Origin: Spirochaetia bacterium
Lineage (GTDB): Bacteria > Spirochaetota > Spirochaetia > SZUA-6 > Bin103
Direction of reading: 5' to 3'
DNA length: 64,000 nt
Assembly (NCBI GenBank): GCA_965203905.1
Contig: CBDBDQ010000005.1
Coordinates: 2,048,001 to 2,112,000 of the forward strand
Below, piece after piece: positions 30,881-41,388 of the stretch; within the stretch, counting starts at the first letter, position 1, and each line of letters opens with the position of its first letter. The position numbers were made by a program, and so were the translations under genes. The notes under the pieces are model-generated. The model did not search any database and was not told the DNA's origin. It saw only the letters and a list, made by a program, of their open reading frames with translations.

Positions 30881-32248
30881 ATGAAGAAGATATCACTTCT
30901 GCTAGTGGTGCTACTTGCCGCGGGCTCGGCTAGCCTGTATGGGCAAATGATGATCGGAACGGAGTTTACCGTCTCCGGCGACGCAACTGCGACGGTCGGC
31001 TACGACATCGACACCGAGCAGTTCGGCTTCAAGAACGAGTCGAATTCCAGCATCAAGCTGGAGTTTGTCCCCGAGCAGTCGGTGAACAACGGCGACATGG
31101 TCGACATGTCGGGTTGGCACGGCTACATCGAGCTGAACGACTTCAAGATCGTCATCGACAGCGGGGAAGAGGACTCTCCCGAGTTCCTCACCTCGGCGAC
31201 GCCCGGAATGGACGACATGATGGCGCCTGCCATTACGACCGAAGTGGACCGTTCCGGCTTGGTGGTCACGGCTCCGACGATCGTCGCCAAGCTGAAGAAC
31301 GGCCCCTTGTTCCTCAAGATTTTCGATGCACCCGATCAGGTGGCAGACCTCGTCGCGGCGATCGAGGACGACGAGGACGACGACAACACCGCCGAGAGCG
31401 ACGACCAGCCCAACGATGTTGCGACTGATCTCGACGGTGCCGGTGTGACGCTCGGTTATGACAGCGAGGATCTCGACGTTGCGCTGGGCATCACCTCCGA
31501 TGAGGCCTACGACGACGACACCGACACTCCCGATGACAACAGCTTTTCCATCAGCGCCGACTTGAGCGTGGATGTCGGTCCCGCGAAGCTGCAGCTGCAG
31601 GTGGTGCAGGGCTTGGCTGCCGCCCAGGATATGGACGCCGAGGCCGACGACACCGGGGTTGCGGGCAAGCTGACGACGACCTTCGGCGACGTCGAGCTTT
31701 CCGCCGGCGCGGATCTCGTCATGACCGGCGAGACCAACGTTGCGGAAACCCCCGAAAACGAGGCGCTGAATTTCGAGGTCGGCATGAATGCCGGCGTGAT
31801 GCTGACCGGCAACACGTCGTTCAGCGCGGACTACCTCTACTCGAGCGTGCAGTCGGTCGCCAGTGACGTGGAGGTCGTGCTCGAGGACAAGAGCGGTCTG
31901 GTGGACCGGCTCACCTTGGGCCTGACCTGGGGTCTGTTCGACATCAACAACGGCGACGCCGACGGTCCGGCTACCGAGAACAACTCGATGGACATGCAGG
32001 TCACGGGCAACCTGGGCTACGATCTGGACGCCATGGGCGGTACGTTGACGCCGAGCGCGGAGTTGACCCTCAGCCAGATCGACGGCGCGGATGCAACCGT
32101 CGGGCTGACCGTCAAGGCGGTCCTGGCCAGTGCGGTTCCGGCCACCGAATTCGGCCTGCAGTGGGCGACCGATACCCTGTTCGACGTGGGTGACATGGCT
32201 TCCGAGCAGGGCGCCATCTCTGCCTGGGCCAAGATCACTTACGGCTAA
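30881..32248 (+). CDS. Major outer membrane (Msp/Tpr-like) beta-barrel protein
   Basis: RBS AAGGAGG, signal peptide, Msp-like N-terminus SGDATATVGYDIDTEQFGFKNE, alternating beta strands, terminal WAKITYG. Confidence 0.8.
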   Translation: MKKISLLLVVLLAAGSASLYGQMMIGTEFTVSGDATATVGYDIDTEQFGFKNESNSSIKLEFVPEQSVNNGDMVDMSGWHGYIELNDFKIVIDSGEEDSPEFLTSATPGMDDMMAPAITTEVDRSGLVVTAPTIVAKLKNGPLFLKIFDAPDQVADLVAAIEDDEDDDNTAESDDQPNDVATDLDGAGVTLGYDSEDLDVALGITSDEAYDDDTDTPDDNSFSISADLSVDVGPAKLQLQVVQGLAAAQDMDAEADDTGVAGKLTTTFGDVELSAGADLVMTGETNVAETPENEALNFEVGMNAGVMLTGNTSFSADYLYSSVQSVASDVEVVLEDKSGLVDRLTLGLTWGLFDINNGDADGPATENNSMDMQVTGNLGYDLDAMGGTLTPSAELTLSQIDGADATVGLTVKAVLASAVPATEFGLQWATDTLFDVGDMASEQGAISAWAKITYG

Positions 32249-32286
32249 GGCGCCAACGACAGGGTCTCGCACCCTCGCTACCAAGG

Positions 32287-32320
32287 CGGCGCATCCCTCG
32301 CGGGGTGCGCCGTTTTTTTT
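32287..32320 (+). terminator. Rho-independent terminator of the OMP gene
   Basis: CGGCGCATCCC-TCGC-GGGGTGCGCCG followed by T8. Confidence 0.9.
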
Positions 32321-32336
32321 GGTGCCGAGCCGGCGC

Positions 32337-32365
32337 TTGACCACTTGCATCTGCTTGCGTATCAT
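32337..32365 (+). promoter_or_regulatory. trp operon promoter
   Basis: TTGACC-17 bp-TATCAT, 7 nt before the leader ATG. Confidence 0.75.
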
Positions 32366-32372
32366 CCGTTCC

Positions 32373-32420
32373 ATGATGTTGGCTGAAACGAGCCGCCTCT
32401 GGTGGTGGGCCTCGGGGTAA
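32373..32420 (+). CDS. trpL: trp leader peptide MMLAETSRLWWWASG
   Basis: Three consecutive TGG codons in a 15-aa ORF directly upstream of trpE. Confidence 0.85.
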   Translation: MMLAETSRLWWWASG

Positions 32421-32455
32421 CCGGGAGCCGCCACGTCTACGGGCGCCACGCGCCC

Positions 32456-32509
32456 AAGAGCCGCGGGTTCTGGTTGCAGGGAGTGACCAGGGCCGGCGGC
32501 TCTTTATTT
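32456..32509 (+). terminator. trp attenuator terminator hairpin
   Basis: AAGAGCCGCGGGTTCTGGTTGC-AGGGA-GTGACCAGGGCCGGCGGCTCTT followed by TATTT. Confidence 0.7.
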
Positions 32510-32577
32510 GCCGATCCGTCCGTGAGCCGCTCCCCCGGCGACCCGCCCCGGCGTACCACTCGATGACGAGGAGCACC

Positions 32578-34011
32578 ATGAGTACGACCACTGCCGGCGC
32601 CACGGCTGGGCGCCGCCAACAGGACACGGTCCTGCGCACCATTCCGGGCGAGCGCTTCACCCCATACACGCTGGCGCGCAAGCTGGATGCCAGCGTGCTG
32701 CTGGAGTCGGCATCCTTCCACCGCGGCCGGGAGCGGTACAGCATCCTCCTGCTGCAACCCGCGTTCACCGTGTCGGAGCGGCGCGGCGAGGTGATCATGA
32801 CCCGCGCGGGCAGGCGCTTCCGGCTGCGCAGCAGCGGGCGCGACATCCTCGACGTGCTGCGCTACTTCGCCGATCAGCACGCGGGAGCACAGCACCCGTT
32901 CCCGTTTCCGGCCGGTGGCATCGGTTACCTGTCCTACGAGTACGCCGCCCGCTTCGACAGCGTGCGCCTGGAGCCGAAGGCCGATTCGCTCGACCTGCCC
33001 GACGCCTGCTTCGTGTTCGGCCACGTGTTCGTGGTGTTCGACCACTATACCGACACCCTCACCCTGCTGGGGGTCAATTACCGTGAGCACCGCATCGACC
33101 TGGAACGCGCGCTCGACGAGACCGAGCGGCGCATCGACGACCTGGACTTCAACTTCATGGTCGCACCGCGCTCGCGGCCGGAGGCGGCGGTCGTGGGGAG
33201 CGGCGACGAGGGCTGGTACCTGGACGGCGTCGAGTTCCTGCGCGGCGAGATCATCAAGGGCAACCTGTTTCAGGCGGTGCTGTCGCGGCGGCTCGTCATC
33301 GAGACGGCGCTGCCGGCGCTGGAGGCGTATCGCAACCTGCGCTCGACCAATCCCTCTCCCTACATGTTCTACCTGGACTACGGCGAGTTCCAGCTCTTCG
33401 GCGCGTCGCCGGAGGTGCACGTCAAGGCTTCCACCGGCGGCCGCGCGCTGCTGCGCCCGATTGCCGGCACCCGGCGCCGCGGGGCCGACCATCGCGAGGA
33501 CCTGGCCCTGCAGGAGGACCTGCTGTCCGACGAGAAGGAGCTGGCCGAGCACCTGATGCTGGTGGACCTGGCGCGCAACGACCTGGGGCGGGTGTCGCAG
33601 CCGGGCAGCGTGGAGGTGACCGAGCGCAACGTGATCGAGCACTACTCCCACGTGATGCATATCGTGTCGCAGGTGGAGGGGAACCTGCGGCCGGGACTGG
33701 GCGGCATCGACGCGGTACGCGCCACCTTCCCGGCGGGTACGGTGACGGGGGCGCCGAAGATCCGGGCAATGGAGACCCTGGACGCGCTGGAGAGTGAAAC
33801 CCGCGGCTTCTACGCCGGCATCGTCGCCTACGTGGAGCCGGGCGGATCGCTGGACTCCTGCATCTCGATCCGCTCGGCGGTCAAGAAGGGGGAGCGGCTG
33901 GTGCTGCACGCCGGAGCCGGCGTGGTGTACGACTCGGTGCCGAAGCGCGAGTACGAAGAGACGCAGAACAAGCTGCGCGCCCTGGCCGTGGCAGTCGGCG
34001 TGGAACTGTAG
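32578..34011 (+). CDS. trpE: Anthranilate synthase component I
   Basis: LLESA, NPSPYM, PIAGTRRRG, EHLMLVDLARND, GAPKIRAM; GAGGAG before ATG 32578. Confidence 0.95.
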   Translation: MSTTTAGATAGRRQQDTVLRTIPGERFTPYTLARKLDASVLLESASFHRGRERYSILLLQPAFTVSERRGEVIMTRAGRRFRLRSSGRDILDVLRYFADQHAGAQHPFPFPAGGIGYLSYEYAARFDSVRLEPKADSLDLPDACFVFGHVFVVFDHYTDTLTLLGVNYREHRIDLERALDETERRIDDLDFNFMVAPRSRPEAAVVGSGDEGWYLDGVEFLRGEIIKGNLFQAVLSRRLVIETALPALEAYRNLRSTNPSPYMFYLDYGEFQLFGASPEVHVKASTGGRALLRPIAGTRRRGADHREDLALQEDLLSDEKELAEHLMLVDLARNDLGRVSQPGSVEVTERNVIEHYSHVMHIVSQVEGNLRPGLGGIDAVRATFPAGTVTGAPKIRAMETLDALESETRGFYAGIVAYVEPGGSLDSCISIRSAVKKGERLVLHAGAGVVYDSVPKREYEETQNKLRALAVAVGVEL

Positions 34012-34023
34012 GAGCGCAGCACC

Positions 34024-35736
<1,713 letters not shown>

Positions 35737-35748
35737 CGGGGGTAGCGG

Positions 35749-37224
35749 ATGGCCTACCTCGAGGAGATAGTGGCCGGGCGGCGGCGGCGGGTACGGGCCG
35801 AGGGTCCGGAACTGGGGGAGACGGTGCCGTTGCGGCGGGAGCAGCCTCTGGTGCCGCTGCTGGCGCCCGAGGCAGGCACCGCGCCGCTGCTGGTGTGCGA
35901 GATCAAGCGCCGCTCTCCGTCGCGTGGCGCGATCTCCCCCGGGCTGGATGCGGTGGAGCAGGCGCGGCGCTACGAGGCCGCGGGAGTGCGTGCGGTCTCG
36001 GTGCTCACCGAGCCGGACCACTTTGGCGGGACGCTGGCGGATCTGATTGCCGTCAAGGCGGCGTTTCCGCAGCTCAGCGTGCTGCGCAAGGACTTCCTGC
36101 TAAGCGCGAGCGATCTCGAGGTCTCCTGGCGCGCGGGAGCGGATGCGGTGTTGCTGCTGGCCGCCTGTTTGTCCGCGCGGGAGCTCGCCGCTCTGCACGC
36201 ACATGCCGTGGCGCTGGGCATGACACCCCTGGTGGAGGTGCATGACGCGGCGGATCTGGCCAAGGCGCGCGCCGTGCGACCGCCGCTGACCGGCATCAAC
36301 AGCCGCGACCTGACCACCTTCGAGGTGGATACCACGTTGCCGGCGCGGCTGCGGCCGGCGGTCGACTGGCCCACCACGCTGCTATTCGAGTCGGGCATCC
36401 ACTGCGCCGAGGACGCGGCCTTCGCCCGCGCCGCCGGTTTCGACGGCGTGCTGGTCGGAGAGGCCGTGGTGCGGCGGCCGCAGTTGGTGGCCGAGTTGCG
36501 CCAGGTGCTCGCCGCCGCACCTGCCGCGGGTGGGCGGCGCCCGTTCTGGGAGCGGGTGTTCGCGGCCCGCCACGCGCGCCGCGACGGCCAGCTCCCGCTG
36601 GTGAAGGTGTGCGGCATCACCAACCGGCAGGACGCCGAGACCGCGGTGGAGCTGGGCGCCGACCTGCTCGGGTTCATCCTGGCGCCGTCGCCGCGGCGGG
36701 CACGGCCGGAGGTGATTGCCGAGCTCGCCGACCTGCCGGTAGCCAAGGTCGGCGTGGTGGTGAACGATACCGCCACGGCGCGCCGGTTGCTGGATGAAGG
36801 GCTGCTCGACGCGGTGCAGCTGCACGGCGATGAGGGGCCCGAGGAATGCTACGGACTGGCCTTTCCCTACTATAAGGCGCTGCAGGTCAGCGCCCCGGAA
36901 GACCTCGACCGGGAGCGTGGCTACCGCTGCCCGCGGGTGCTGCTGGACGCTTTTTCCGCGGCTGTCCGTGGCGGCAGCGGGCGGCGCGTCGATGCCGGTC
37001 TGCTGCAGCGGCGTGCCGCGGCGCTGCCGGCGGCTCCGCCGTTGTGGCTGGCCGGTGGCATCGGCCCCGACAACGTGGCAGCGATCGTGGAAACGCACCG
37101 GCCCGAGCTGGTCGATGCCTCCAGCGGCCTGGAGGCCGCCCCGGGTCGCAAGGACCCCGACAAACTACGGGCGTTCTTCCGCCAACTCCCCGCGGACGGC
37201 GCCACCGTACGGAGCACCGCATGA
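35749..37224 (+). CDS. trpCF: Fused indole-3-glycerol phosphate synthase + PRA isomerase (TrpC-TrpF)
   Basis: EIKRRSPSRG, LRKDF, GINSRDL, ESGI followed by VKVCGIT, QLHGDE, LAGGI, DASSGLE. Confidence 0.93.
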   Translation: MAYLEEIVAGRRRRVRAEGPELGETVPLRREQPLVPLLAPEAGTAPLLVCEIKRRSPSRGAISPGLDAVEQARRYEAAGVRAVSVLTEPDHFGGTLADLIAVKAAFPQLSVLRKDFLLSASDLEVSWRAGADAVLLLAACLSARELAALHAHAVALGMTPLVEVHDAADLAKARAVRPPLTGINSRDLTTFEVDTTLPARLRPAVDWPTTLLFESGIHCAEDAAFARAAGFDGVLVGEAVVRRPQLVAELRQVLAAAPAAGGRRPFWERVFAARHARRDGQLPLVKVCGITNRQDAETAVELGADLLGFILAPSPRRARPEVIAELADLPVAKVGVVVNDTATARRLLDEGLLDAVQLHGDEGPEECYGLAFPYYKALQVSAPEDLDRERGYRCPRVLLDAFSAAVRGGSGRRVDAGLLQRRAAALPAAPPLWLAGGIGPDNVAAIVETHRPELVDASSGLEAAPGRKDPDKLRAFFRQLPADGATVRSTA

Positions 37225-38465
37225 TGAGCTACCAGGATTACTTCGGCCAGTTCGGCGGCCGCTACGCCGCCGAGGTGTTGCGCACGCCGCTCGACGAGCT
37301 GGAGGCCGCCTACCGCGCCGCCATCGCCGATCCGGAATTCCTCGCCGAGTTGGATCGGGTGGCACGTACCTACACCGGACGTCCCACGCCGCTGATGCAT
37401 GCCGCCAACCTCAGCGCGGAGTGCGGCGGCGCCCAGATCCACGTCAAGCTGGAGGGGCTAGCCAACACCGGCGCCCACAAGATCAACCACGTGGTCGGCC
37501 AGTGCCTGCTGGCCCGGCGCATGGGCAAGCGCCGCATCATCGCCGAGACCGGAGCCGGGCAACACGGACTGGCCACGGCCGCCATGTGCGCCAAGCTGGG
37601 GCTGCCGTGCCGCGTCTACATGGGCGAGGTGGACATGCGGCGGCAGAAGCCCAACGTGTTCTGGATGGAGCTGTTCGGCGCCGAGGTGGTGCAGGTGGAC
37701 AGCGGCTCGCGCACCCTCAAGGACGCGGTCAACGAGGCGCTGCGGGACTGGGCCGGCTCGTTTGCCGACACCCACTACCTGATCGGGTCGGCGCTGGGAC
37801 CTTCGCCCTATCCCGCGATGGTGCGCGAGTTTCAGGCGGTGGTGGGCCGCGAGGTGGGAAGCCAGTGTGCGGCCGCCGGTTTCCAGCCGACGGCGCTGAT
37901 TGCCTGTGTCGGCGGCGGCTCCAACTCGCTGGGCATGTTCGCCCCGTACCTGGAGGCGGCGACCCCGGAGCTGATCGGGGTGGAAGCCGGCGGCCGCGGC
38001 CTGCAGCCGGGGGATCACGCCTCGCGCATGAGCGGCCACGGGCGTCCGGCCATCGCCCATGGCTACAAGTCCCTGTTCCTGACTACCGACGACGGCCAGA
38101 TCGCCGATACCCACTCGGTATCCGCCGGCCTCGACTACCCGGGGGTCGGCCCGCAGCTCGCCGAGCTGGGCCGCAGCGGGCGGGTGCGGTTCACCACCGC
38201 CTCCGACGCCGACGCGCTGGCGGCGGTGCAGCGGTTCGCCCGCCACGAAGGCATCGTGATGGCCCTGGAGTCGGCCCACGCCGGCGCCGTGGCACTGCAG
38301 GAGGCGCGCCGCAGGCCGGCACAGGAGCACCTGGTGGTGAACATGTCGGGGCGTGGCGACAAGGACCTGTTCATCCTGGCGCGGGAGCTGGACCGCGACC
38401 GCTGGCGTGAGTTCCTGGAGCGGGAGGCCGCTTCTCTCGCCGCCACGCCGGGGGCGCCGTCATGA
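37221..38465 (+). CDS. trpB: Tryptophan synthase beta chain
   Basis: TGAHKIN, AETGAGQHG, GGGSN, SAGLDYPGVGP, SGRGDKD. Confidence 0.96.
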   Translation: MMSYQDYFGQFGGRYAAEVLRTPLDELEAAYRAAIADPEFLAELDRVARTYTGRPTPLMHAANLSAECGGAQIHVKLEGLANTGAHKINHVVGQCLLARRMGKRRIIAETGAGQHGLATAAMCAKLGLPCRVYMGEVDMRRQKPNVFWMELFGAEVVQVDSGSRTLKDAVNEALRDWAGSFADTHYLIGSALGPSPYPAMVREFQAVVGREVGSQCAAAGFQPTALIACVGGGSNSLGMFAPYLEAATPELIGVEAGGRGLQPGDHASRMSGHGRPAIAHGYKSLFLTTDDGQIADTHSVSAGLDYPGVGPQLAELGRSGRVRFTTASDADALAAVQRFARHEGIVMALESAHAGAVALQEARRRPAQEHLVVNMSGRGDKDLFILARELDRDRWREFLEREAASLAATPGAPS

Positions 38466-39208
38466 GCGCGCCGCGCATCATGGCCCACCTGGTGGCGTCG
38501 TTCCCCGATTGGGAGGCGTCGCTGGAGGCGGGCAAGGGGCTGGTGGATGGCGGCGCGGCGTTCCTGGAGGTGCAGTTTCCGTTCAGCGACCCCACCGCCG
38601 ACGGGCCCCACATCCAGGTGGCCTGCGACCTGGCGCTGCAGGCGGGCTTCACGCGCGAGCGCGGGTTTGCCCTGGTCGCGGCGCTCCGGGACTATACCGA
38701 GGTCCCGATTGCGGTGATGAGCTACGCCAATCCGATCTTCCAGAACGGCGTCGCCGGCTTCGTGCAGCGGTGCCGGGACGCCGGCGCCAACGCCGTGATC
38801 GCTCCCGACCTGCCGCCCGACTACGACGAGGGCCTGTACGCGGCCGGAGCTGAGGCCGGCATCGACGTGATTCCGGTGGTAGTGCCCACCACCCTGCCGG
38901 ACCGGCTGCGCATGATCGTCGCCGGCGCGCGCACCGAATGGGTGTACGCGGCGTTGCGCAAGGGCATCACCGGCAGCTACACCGAGATCGGGGAGGACAA
39001 TCTGGCCTTCCTGCGGGAGATACGCGCGCTCGGCGGCGAGCCGCTGGCCGGCTTCGGCATTCGCGACCGCGCCCAGGTCGATGCCCTGGCCCCGCACGTG
39101 GCCTACGTGGTGGTCGGCACCTGGTTCGTGCAGTTGCTGCGGCGCCACCCGGACGCGGCGCCACGGCCGCTGATGGCAGATGCCCTGGCTGCGCTGTTGG
39201 CTTCCTAA
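38462..39208 (+). CDS. trpA: Tryptophan synthase alpha chain
   Basis: EVQFPFSDPTADGPHIQ, GITG, GFGI. Confidence 0.95.
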   Translation: MSAPRIMAHLVASFPDWEASLEAGKGLVDGGAAFLEVQFPFSDPTADGPHIQVACDLALQAGFTRERGFALVAALRDYTEVPIAVMSYANPIFQNGVAGFVQRCRDAGANAVIAPDLPPDYDEGLYAAGAEAGIDVIPVVVPTTLPDRLRMIVAGARTEWVYAALRKGITGSYTEIGEDNLAFLREIRALGGEPLAGFGIRDRAQVDALAPHVAYVVVGTWFVQLLRRHPDAAPRPLMADALAALLAS

Positions 39209-39274
39209 AAGCGCGTGCCAGTCAGTATATTGACAGTGGCGCGCCCCGCTACTACTTCCAAGGAGACACCGATA

Positions 39275-39598
39275 ATGTCAGCCGAAGTGACAATCAGCCA
39301 GGACAACTTTACCGACGAGGTGGTCCAGTCGCAGGTCCCCGTAGTGGTCGACTTCTGGGCCGAATGGTGCATGCCGTGCAAGATGATTGCCCCGGTCCTG
39401 GAGCAGATCTCGCAGGACTACGCCGGCAAGCTGAAGGTGGCCAAGGTCAACGTCGACGACAACGGCGAGATCGCGCAGAAGTTCAACATCGTCAGCATCC
39501 CCACCCTGCTGCTGTTCAAGGATGGCGAAGTGGTCGGCCAGCAGGTGGGGGCGGTCCCGCGCGAGACCATCGAAGGGATGTTCAAGGCCTACGTGTAG
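39275..39598 (+). CDS. trxA: Thioredoxin
   Basis: VDFWAEWCMPC, SIPT; RBS AAGGAG. Confidence 0.95.
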   Translation: MSAEVTISQDNFTDEVVQSQVPVVVDFWAEWCMPCKMIAPVLEQISQDYAGKLKVAKVNVDDNGEIAQKFNIVSIPTLLLFKDGEVVGQQVGAVPRETIEGMFKAYV

Positions 39599-39797
39599 CT
39601 ACTTTGGCCCGCACTCGCGCCACACCGGACCACGGCGCGCCGACCTGCTCGCCCGGCTCGGCTTCACCACCATGCCGGTCGTGGGCGGCAAGGCGGTGAC
39701 CAGAGAAAAGCGGTGGAGCTTGCCCCGCAGCAAGGGGTGTGGCAACTGTTTGACGGCAGGCCGGTAGCCCCGGACGCGGCCGGCGAACGCGGATAGC

Positions 39798-39835
39798 GCT
39801 CCGAAACCGCCGCCTCGCGGCGTCGCTTTCGGAGC
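39798..39835. terminator. Hairpin between convergent genes (possible bidirectional terminator)
   Basis: GCTCCGAAA...CGCCGC-CTC-GCGGCG...TTTCGGAGC; no clear U-tract. Confidence 0.4.
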
Positions 39836-39841
39836 CTGCAG

Positions 39842-40873
39842 CTAACCGTGAACCTCGTCGCTGTTGACGCTGCCGAAGCTCGCCTTGCGGGTGGGTACCG
39901 TGTGCCAGTCGGCGGCGCGGTCGGTGTCGGTAGCGGAGCTGTCCCGGTTCAATGAGCGCGTGGAGGTGGTGGCGGCAGAACTGATCGCGTCTTCCGGAGC
40001 GATCAGTTCGCCGGCGAACTTCCAGCCGCCCAGTTCTGCGAGACGGTCGGCGCGCAGCATGGTCGCCTTGCTGCCGAATCCGCGGTAGCGCTCATCCGAG
40101 TCCGAGGTCCGGTTGCTGTAGAGCACGCCGTCGAGGAGCGCGCCGCCGGGTGCGACGTGGACGGTCAGTACGCCGTTCTTCCCCGACAGGCCGGTGCCCT
40201 CCTGCATCCAGAAGTCCCACACTCCCGGCAGTGCCAGTGCATGGTCCGACTGATCGGGGTCGGCGTGCTCGTCCTCGCCCAGACCGTGGGCGGTGGCGTG
40301 AATTACCACGTAGTCGCCGGTGGCCACCTCGACCGCCGGCAGTACCACGTGGTCGCGGTAACTGTCGGCACTGCCGTCGTACACGGTCACGCCGCCGAGG
40401 TTGCCGTCGCGGGTGACGTACAGCTCGATCGCGTCCGGCTTTTTCTTGGATCCCTGGGTGGTGAACTCGTTGATCACCAGGCCGGGCGGCCGCGGGTTGT
40501 AACCCCAGAAACGAGCCACGAAGGTGGTGCTGTTGCCGCGCTCGTCGCGCACCGTGGTGTGCAGCGTATAGCTGCGGCCGGCAGTCAGCGGCGTCGCCAC
40601 GGTGATCACCACCTCCTCGCCCGAGCCGACCTCGGTCACCGTAAGGTCGGGCTCGACGGTCACCGCTTCCGGCGCCATCGTGACCGGCTCGTCGAAGCGC
40701 GCGATGACGGTGGTGGCGGAGGTAACCGTAATCCCGTTGAACACCGGTGGCAGGAGATCGACATCCTCCACCAGCGCATGGCCGACCGGCTCGCAGCCCA
40801 GGAAGCCCCATGCCGCCAGAGCCAGGGAGAAGACTCGCACCCCGCGTGCGGTCCGGTATGAAAGGGGTCGCAT
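39842..40873 (-). CDS. Lipoprotein with Ig-like and lamin-tail-like domains
   Basis: Lipobox FLGC; FDEPV...DERGN Ig-like segment; LVINEF...DAIELY. Confidence 0.7.
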   Translation of the reverse strand: MRPLSYRTARGVRVFSLALAAWGFLGCEPVGHALVEDVDLLPPVFNGITVTSATTVIARFDEPVTMAPEAVTVEPDLTVTEVGSGEEVVITVATPLTAGRSYTLHTTVRDERGNSTTFVARFWGYNPRPPGLVINEFTTQGSKKKPDAIELYVTRDGNLGGVTVYDGSADSYRDHVVLPAVEVATGDYVVIHATAHGLGEDEHADPDQSDHALALPGVWDFWMQEGTGLSGKNGVLTVHVAPGGALLDGVLYSNRTSDSDERYRGFGSKATMLRADRLAELGGWKFAGELIAPEDAISSAATTSTRSLNRDSSATDTDRAADWHTVPTRKASFGSVNSDEVHG

Positions 40874-40918
40874 ACCCCTGTCAACGGCGCACCGTCCGGC
40901 ACGCTTTCGGGCGCGGGA

Positions 40919-41359
40919 CTACTGCGTTTCCGAGGCGGCCGCCACCGGGTCCAGCTCGGTGATGACTCGCAGTGCCAGAACGCGGGGGCCGGCTGGGTAT
41001 TCGGCCGCGACCGGCTGTTCGTAACTGCGCACGAGTGCGCGCAGCAGCCGGAGCGCGGTCTCGTCGTCGCCCATCTTGTGGTACAGGAATGCGGTCTCGT
41101 ACTCGGCCCAGAGCAGGCGCGCCATCTGCGGTGGAGAAGGATTGTCCGCAAACCGCTCGCGGAACGCGGCATACCACCGCAGCGCGAGTCCGTAGTCGTG
41201 CTGTGCGGTTGCTTCCTGCGCCCTCTGGAAGTACTCCGCGGGGGTAAGGCCCTCCGCCCGTTCGGGCGAGGCGGTGACGCAGCCTGCGAGCACCACGGCA
41301 CCGACCAGGATCGCGGCCGCGTATGCGCGCGCCGACGCGGGAACCATGCGCTGTTTCAT
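40919..41359 (-). CDS. TPR-like lipoprotein (BamD-like)
   Basis: RBS AAGGAGG, lipobox LAGC, EYFQRAQEA...ALRWY...AEYETAFLYHK. Confidence 0.75.
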   Translation of the reverse strand: MKQRMVPASARAYAAAILVGAVVLAGCVTASPERAEGLTPAEYFQRAQEATAQHDYGLALRWYAAFRERFADNPSPPQMARLLWAEYETAFLYHKMGDDETALRLLRALVRSYEQPVAAEYPAGPRVLALRVITELDPVAAASETQ

Positions 41360-41388
41360 CGTCCCTCCTTCCCGGGCGCCGATTGGCA

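Noticed and set aside
39599-39770. Coding-like fragment ADLLARLGFTTMPVVG after trxA
   Set aside because: No start or RBS and too short to assign; possibly a gene scar
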